A DNA stretch of 30,667 bases, taken from an uncultured Candidatus Saccharibacteria bacterium (GTDB lineage: Bacteria; Patescibacteriota; Minisyncoccia; Minisyncoccales; MHMH01). Every line of letters begins with the position of its first letter. The stretch's first letter is position 1. This document shows, in pieces, positions 25,503 to 30,667 of the stretch. The DNA lies in the NCBI GenBank assembly GCA_964486395.1, contig CAZALP010000001.1:1-30667 (forward strand), written 5' to 3'. The translations under genes were made by a program, and so were the position numbers. The notes beneath the pieces were generated by a model, which saw only the letters and a list, made by a program, of their open reading frames with translations, searched no databases and was not told the DNA's origin.

Positions 25503-26377
25503 AGAACAACACATTTGGCAAAGGTTTGGAATCGCTGATTCCCAAAAAATCAGAAAAAAATAAAAAAGATTCCGAGCAGAAACAAGAACCTATATTTTAT
25601 ATTGAGCTTGAGAAAATAAAACCCAATCCTTACCAACCAAGAAAAAACTTTGATCAGGCGGGCTTGGAAGCTTTGGCAGATTCCGTCAAAGAATACGGCA
25701 TTCTGCAGCCCTTGCTGGTGAGTCGCATTGAAAAGGAGGGCGGGAACGAATATCAGCTGGTGGCAGGAGAAAGGAGGCTGTTGGCGGCCAAGATGGTGGG
25801 CTTGACCCAAATACCGGTAATTATCAGGGAGCCTACCGAGCAGGAGAAATTGGAGGTTTCCTTAATAGAGAATGTCCAGCGTTTGGATTTGAATCCGATG
25901 GAAAAAGCCGAGGCTTATAAAAGACTGCAAGACGAATTCAAATTTCTGCAAAAAGACATTGCTAAACTGGCCGGCAAAAGCCGGGAAGCAGTAGCCAACA
26001 CCATGCGCCTTCTTGATTTGCCTGACGAAATAAAGCAGGCCCTAAGAGAAGAAAAAATTTCAGAAGGTCATGCCAGGGCTATGTTAGCAGTAGAAGATTC
26101 CCAAAAACAAAAAACCCTTTTTGCAAGAGTTGTAAGGGATGGGCTTAATGTTAGAGAAACGGAGAGTTTAACCCAGAAGCTGAATATTTGGAAGCCCGTT
26201 AAAAAGCAAATTTCCGCAGCTTCCAAAGAAGTGAAGACCCTGGAGGAAAAACTAAGGGACATTTTGAAGATTAAAAATCTCCGATTAAGAATGGAAGCGG
26301 GCCGCCCCAAATTGACCATCTTTTTCAACTCCAAAAAAGAACTGGAGAGCTTATTAAAGAAAATTAAATCTTCCTGA
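25499..26377 (+). CDS. parB: ParB/Spo0J partitioning protein
   Basis: PNPYQPRK, GILQPLLV, CTP-binding VAGERR, ENVQRLDLNP, HTH GKSREAVANTMRLL and SEGHARA. Confidence 0.96.
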   Translation: MKNNTFGKGLESLIPKKSEKNKKDSEQKQEPIFYIELEKIKPNPYQPRKNFDQAGLEALADSVKEYGILQPLLVSRIEKEGGNEYQLVAGERRLLAAKMVGLTQIPVIIREPTEQEKLEVSLIENVQRLDLNPMEKAEAYKRLQDEFKFLQKDIAKLAGKSREAVANTMRLLDLPDEIKQALREEKISEGHARAMLAVEDSQKQKTLFARVVRDGLNVRETESLTQKLNIWKPVKKQISAASKEVKTLEEKLRDILKIKNLRLRMEAGRPKLTIFFNSKKELESLLKKIKSS

Positions 26378-28538
26378 CCTCAAGAACGCCCTTGACTTGT
26401 TTGAGTTGGCCGAAAAGTTTATCTAAATCCTCCCAGTCAGATATTTCAACATTAGCCTTAAGAGTGGCTAATTTTTCTTTTGGAGATTCGGCTTGGAAGT
26501 TCAGAATATTAATTCCCAACGCGCTAATGGCCGAAGAAATGTCTCTAAACAAACCAATTCTATCTTCAGCTTCTATTGCCAGCGATGCAGTATATGACAT
26601 TTTTTCTCTGCTCGGCCAAGAAGCTTCAATGATCCGCTGGGGACATTTTTTTTGAGCTTGTATTAAGTTTTCACAATTAGTTTTATGAATGGAAGCGCCC
26701 CTTTCTTTGGTAATCCAAGCGCGGATTTCGTCTCCGGGCTGGGGGCAGCAGCATTTGGCGAGATAGGTTTTAATTCCTCTTTCGCCAGCTAGGGAAATTT
26801 CTTCCTTTCCTTTTCTTTGGATTTGTTCCCAGTGAAGACGGGGAGAAACTTTGGGAGTAGGAATAAGAATTTCCTCTTCTTTAAATAATTTTTTAAAAAT
26901 TTCTTTGGCAGAAACCTCTCCTTCTCCCACGGCCACAATCAAATTTTCCAAATTTTTATATGGAAAGACTTTCAAAAGCTCTTCTTTTTTTGGTTGAGAG
27001 AGATTTTCAAAAGTAATGCCTTTCATTCTTTGAAATTCCTGATTTAACAGCTTCAAGCCCCTGTCTATATTTTGTGGGCGGGATTCCGATTTCAGCCAGC
27101 GTTTGACCCTGGTTCTGGCAAAGCTGGTTTTAATGAATTCCAGCCAGTCCCGGGAAGGCTTTTTATTTTTATCAGTTATAATTTCTACCACATCACCGTT
27201 ATTTAGGGGCTGGGAAAGAGAGGACATTTTCCCGTTTATTTTTGCTCCCGCACATTGATTGCCGATGTCGGAGTGGACGGCGTAAGCGAAATCCACTGGG
27301 CTGGCACCCTCCGGCAGATCAATGACGTCTCCTTTGGGAGTAAAGACGAAAATTCTGTTTTTAAAAAAGTCTATTTTTAGGCCCTCTAGGAATTCCTTTG
27401 ATTTGGAAACCTCTCTTTGCCAATCTCTCAATTGTTGGACCCAGGCGAATTTTTTTCCCTGGGTTTTGAGGTCAATGCCTTCTTTCATTGCCCAGTGGGC
27501 ACAAATTCCGTTTTCCGCTTCTTGATGCATTGCTTTAGTTTTGATTTGTATCTCGGTAATTTTCCCGTCTAGGCAAAAGCAGGTGGTATGGAGCGCTTGG
27601 TAATTGTTGGGTTTGGGAAAGGCAATGAAATCTTTAATTTTTCCCGGAAGCGGCTTCCAAAATTTATGGATAATGCCTAAGACCTCATAACAGGTTTTAA
27701 CGTCTTCCACCACCACCCTGAGAGCTATCAGGTCGTGGATTCTGTCAAAGTTCATTTCGTATTTTAACAGCTTTTGATAAAGGCTCCAATAAGATTTGGC
27801 ACGGGAACTGATTTCCAAAAGTTTTATCTTTTCTTTTCTCAGCAACTCTTTTAAAATTGGCTGCAGCTTTTCAAGGTATTTTTTTCTTTTTTCATATTTT
27901 TCTTTTACGTTTTGAATCAGCCATTCGTATTCTTTGGGATAAAGGTAGGGGAAAGCCAGGTCTTCCAATTTCGCTTTCATTTCTCCCATTCCCAGCCTAT
28001 CTGCCAAGGGAGCATAAATTTCCAAAGTTTCCAGAGCGATTCTTTTTTGTTTTTCCGGAGGCAAAGAGCCCAAAGTTTCCATGTTGTGGAGACGGTCGGC
28101 TAGTTTTATCAGGACCACCCTTAAATCTTCTGCCATGGCAAAGAACATTTTTCTGAGATTTTCCGCTTTTAAGTCGATTGGCTCCCCGACTCTTTCTTCC
28201 ATGGGCTTCACTTCCAGCCTTTCTTTGGGGTAGCGCAGTTTTCCAAGCTTACTGACTCCTTCTACCAGGAAAGCCACTTCTTTGCCGAATTCTTTTTCTA
28301 TATCTTCCAGGGTTTTTTCCGTATCATCTGGCACGTCATGCAGGAGGCCGGCTATGATGGTTTTGGAATCCAGATGCATTTCCTTTAATATTTGAGCCAC
28401 TCTGGCCGGGTGCTGGATGTATTCGTCGCCGGAAAGTCTTTTCTGGCTCGCATGGGCGGTTTTAGCAAACTTAAAGGCTTTCTCAATGGATTTTGAGTCA
28501 AAGCCCGGCTTAAATATTTTTTGAATTATGGTTGACAT
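26364..28538 (-). CDS. Long RelA/SpoT homologue ((p)ppGpp synthetase/hydrolase)
   Basis: HD domain (QKRLSGDEYIQHP, LLHD), KLADRLHNM, synthetase motifs DLIALR, KDFIAFPKPNNYQALHT and EIQIKT, TGS domain FTPKG, zinc-finger CCCP..GD..H..C and C-terminal ACT. Confidence 0.96.
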   Translation of the reverse strand: MSTIIQKIFKPGFDSKSIEKAFKFAKTAHASQKRLSGDEYIQHPARVAQILKEMHLDSKTIIAGLLHDVPDDTEKTLEDIEKEFGKEVAFLVEGVSKLGKLRYPKERLEVKPMEERVGEPIDLKAENLRKMFFAMAEDLRVVLIKLADRLHNMETLGSLPPEKQKRIALETLEIYAPLADRLGMGEMKAKLEDLAFPYLYPKEYEWLIQNVKEKYEKRKKYLEKLQPILKELLRKEKIKLLEISSRAKSYWSLYQKLLKYEMNFDRIHDLIALRVVVEDVKTCYEVLGIIHKFWKPLPGKIKDFIAFPKPNNYQALHTTCFCLDGKITEIQIKTKAMHQEAENGICAHWAMKEGIDLKTQGKKFAWVQQLRDWQREVSKSKEFLEGLKIDFFKNRIFVFTPKGDVIDLPEGASPVDFAYAVHSDIGNQCAGAKINGKMSSLSQPLNNGDVVEIITDKNKKPSRDWLEFIKTSFARTRVKRWLKSESRPQNIDRGLKLLNQEFQRMKGITFENLSQPKKEELLKVFPYKNLENLIVAVGEGEVSAKEIFKKLFKEEEILIPTPKVSPRLHWEQIQRKGKEEISLAGERGIKTYLAKCCCPQPGDEIRAWITKERGASIHKTNCENLIQAQKKCPQRIIEASWPSREKMSYTASLAIEAEDRIGLFRDISSAISALGINILNFQAESPKEKLATLKANVEISDWEDLDKLFGQLKQVKGVLEVRKI

Positions 28539-28556
28539 GCTTCAAATTATCCCCTT

Positions 28557-28585
28557 ATTATACTTTATAGTACTTGAAAAATCAA
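28557..28585 (-). promoter_or_regulatory. sigma70 promoter of the RelA/SpoT gene
   Basis: TTGATT-17 bp-TATAAT on the minus strand, ending 18 nt before the ATG. Confidence 0.65.
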
Positions 28586-28617
28586 GGCAGAAAAATCAAA
28601 AAAAGAGGCCGTTAATA

Positions 28618-28659
28618 AAAAACTCGAAATAACAACCATGGTTGCGATTTCGAGTTTTT
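28618..28659. repeat. 42-bp palindrome, copy 2 (probable topA terminator)
   Basis: Same 13-bp arms as 24436-24477, inner CAACCATGGTTG palindrome; begins in the topA stop codon and ends in a T tract on the minus strand. Confidence 0.85.
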
Positions 28660-30667
28660 ATTTTACGTAATGGCAGTTTTTGTTGGAGCAATGGGTGCCT
28701 TTTTTGGTTTCTACTAACAGAGAACCGCATTTAGGGCATTTTTCTCCAGTGGGCTTATCCCATAAGGCAAAGTCGCATTTGGGAAAACGGTTGCAGGCGT
28801 AAAAAATCTTTTTCTTTTTGGTTCTTTTTTCTACGAGTTCACCATCCTTGCATTTGGGGCATTTGATTCCCAATTTGTTTTCCGGCAGAGATTCCGTGTA
28901 TTGACATTGAGGAAATTTGGAGCAAGCATAGAACTTTCCGTATTTTCCCAAGCGAATCAGCAGGGGAGCCCCGCATTTGGGACATTTCTTTTTTGTCGGC
29001 TCTTCGGTGAATTCTTTTTTAGAAACTTCGGAGTATTTTTTCTTTAAGTTTTCAGCAAATGAGCCGTAAAAATCTTTGATGATTTTTACCCACTTCTTTT
29101 CACCCTCGGCAATTTCATCTAAATCTTCCTCCATTGTGGCTGTAAATTTCAAATCAACGATATTGGGGAAGTGTTTCACCAGCAAGTCGTTGACCACGGT
29201 GCCAATTTCCGTGGGTCGGAAATATTTCTTTTCATCTTTTTCAATATAATTTCTTTCTTGGATAGTAGAAATAATAGGGGCATAAGTGGAAGGTCGGCCG
29301 ATGCCTTCTGCCTCCAGCTTTTTAATCAGGGTGGCTTCGGTATATCTCGGAGGCGGTTGGGTAAAATGCTGAGAAGGAGCAAGTTTTAATAATTTCAAAA
29401 TCTCGTTTTTGTCCAATGACGGAAGTTCTGCTTGCTCATATTTTATTGGATAAACTTTTAAGAAACCGTCGAATTTTAAGGTTTGACCGGTGGCTCGGAA
29501 AGTGTAGTTCTTAGCATTAATATCGACTCCAATAAAATCAAAAACAGCAGGCGCCATTTGACAAGCGATGAATCTTTGCCAAATCAGTTCATAAAGGCGG
29601 TACTGATTTTGGTCTAGCTTGGCTTCTCCTTTTATCTTCTCCGGAGTTCTGTCGGCGTATGTCGGACGAATGGCTTCGTGCGCTTCCTGGGCTCTGCCTT
29701 TGGCTTTGTATTTCCTGAATTGGTGGTAATTTTGGCCGTAGTTTTCGATAATGAATTTTTTAGCAGTCCCCAAAGCCAAACCGGAAAGATTGAGAGAGTC
29801 GGTCCTGTGATAAGTCGTTAGCCCCATTTCATAGAGTTGCTGGGCTGTTCGCATTGTAAATTTGGCCGGCCACCTTAATTTTCTCCAGGAATCCTGCTGT
29901 AAAGTTGAAGTGGTGAAGGGGGGAAATGGATTCTTCCGTGTTTCTTTCTTTTCCACTTCAGCTACTCGATATTCAGCTTCTTTTAAATCATTGACGATTT
30001 TTTCTGCTTCTTTTTTGTTTTTTATTTCCAGTTTATCTAAAATCTTGCCGCCTTTCTTGGTTAATGTTGCCTCAAAGGAAGGAGTTTTACCTGAGTTAAT
30101 TTTTTCCAGTAGAGCGGTAATGCTCCAATATTCTTGGGGAACGAATTTTTTTATTTCTCTTTCCCTTTCCACTACCAGTCTGACTGCTACCGACTGCACT
30201 CTTCCTGCCGACAGTCCCCTGGCCACTTTTTTCCACAAAAATGGGGAAAGCTTGTAGCCGACGATTCTGTCCAGTACTCTTCTGGCCTGCTGGGCGTCAA
30301 CCAACTTCATATCTATCTTTCTTGGATTTTGCAGGGCCTCTTCTATGGCTTGTTTGGTAATTTCGTGAAAGGCAATTCTTTGATATGGTTTTTGTCCGTT
30401 TAGGCCGAGAACTTGAGATAAATGCCAAGCAATGGCTTCTCCTTCTCTGTCTTCATCCGTAGCTAAAATAGTCAAATCTGCTCTTTGAGCGTTTTCAGCC
30501 AACAACTGAATTACCTTTTTTGATTTAAGAGGAATTACGTATTTAGGCTTGAAATCGTTTTCAATATCCACTCCCAGTTCGTCTTTAGGCAGATCCCTAA
30601 CATGCCCATAGCAAGAAAGGACCTGATAATTCGGCCCTAAAAATCTTTTTATGGTATTTCCCTTAGT
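28658..30667 (-). CDS. topA: DNA topoisomerase I (type IA) with C-terminal zinc ribbons, 5'-partial
   Basis: The frame is open to the window end (…YGHVRDLP…). TOPRIM ATDEDREGE, SAGRVQS, catalytic TYHRTDS, AHEAIRPT, GIGRPST and three C4 ribbons. Confidence 0.97.
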   Translation of the reverse strand, partial: TKGNTIKRFLGPNYQVLSCYGHVRDLPKDELGVDIENDFKPKYVIPLKSKKVIQLLAENAQRADLTILATDEDREGEAIAWHLSQVLGLNGQKPYQRIAFHEITKQAIEEALQNPRKIDMKLVDAQQARRVLDRIVGYKLSPFLWKKVARGLSAGRVQSVAVRLVVEREREIKKFVPQEYWSITALLEKINSGKTPSFEATLTKKGGKILDKLEIKNKKEAEKIVNDLKEAEYRVAEVEKKETRKNPFPPFTTSTLQQDSWRKLRWPAKFTMRTAQQLYEMGLTTYHRTDSLNLSGLALGTAKKFIIENYGQNYHQFRKYKAKGRAQEAHEAIRPTYADRTPEKIKGEAKLDQNQYRLYELIWQRFIACQMAPAVFDFIGVDINAKNYTFRATGQTLKFDGFLKVYPIKYEQAELPSLDKNEILKLLKLAPSQHFTQPPPRYTEATLIKKLEAEGIGRPSTYAPIISTIQERNYIEKDEKKYFRPTEIGTVVNDLLVKHFPNIVDLKFTATMEEDLDEIAEGEKKWVKIIKDFYGSFAENLKKKYSEVSKKEFTEEPTKKKCPKCGAPLLIRLGKYGKFYACSKFPQCQYTESLPENKLGIKCPKCKDGELVEKRTKKKKIFYACNRFPKCDFALWDKPTGEKCPKCGSLLVETKKGTHCSNKNCHYVK

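Overview
A gene-dense, roughly 40% GC housekeeping window in genetic code 11 (TGA is used as a stop). It is most consistent with a Patescibacteria/CPR (Parcubacteria-like) chromosome; this is inferred from the alpha2-type GlyRS, compact proteins, few Shine-Dalgarno sites and near-leaderless promoters. Gene order: partial Ig-like repeat surface protein, glyQS, M16 peptidase, AI-2E transporter, rsmI, two minus-strand membrane proteins, metG, tatD, glyA, folD, leuS, glmS, 2-oxoacid:ferredoxin oxidoreductase alpha/beta, YvcK/GlmR, archaeal-type GlmU-like enzyme, a 69-aa orphan, tsaC, tsaD, MFS transporter, PAP2 phosphatase, tRNA-Leu(CAA), parA, parB, long RelA/SpoT and partial topA. No transposase, integrase or CRISPR array is visible. 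The unusual signal lies below gene level: many short palindromic or structured DNA elements, several present in two or three related copies. They occur between genes and also in frame inside variable loops of essential enzymes (GlyRS, RsmI, MetRS, TatD, LeuRS, OFOR alpha, TsaD). All motif coordinates and pairings were read by eye and should be confirmed computationally.
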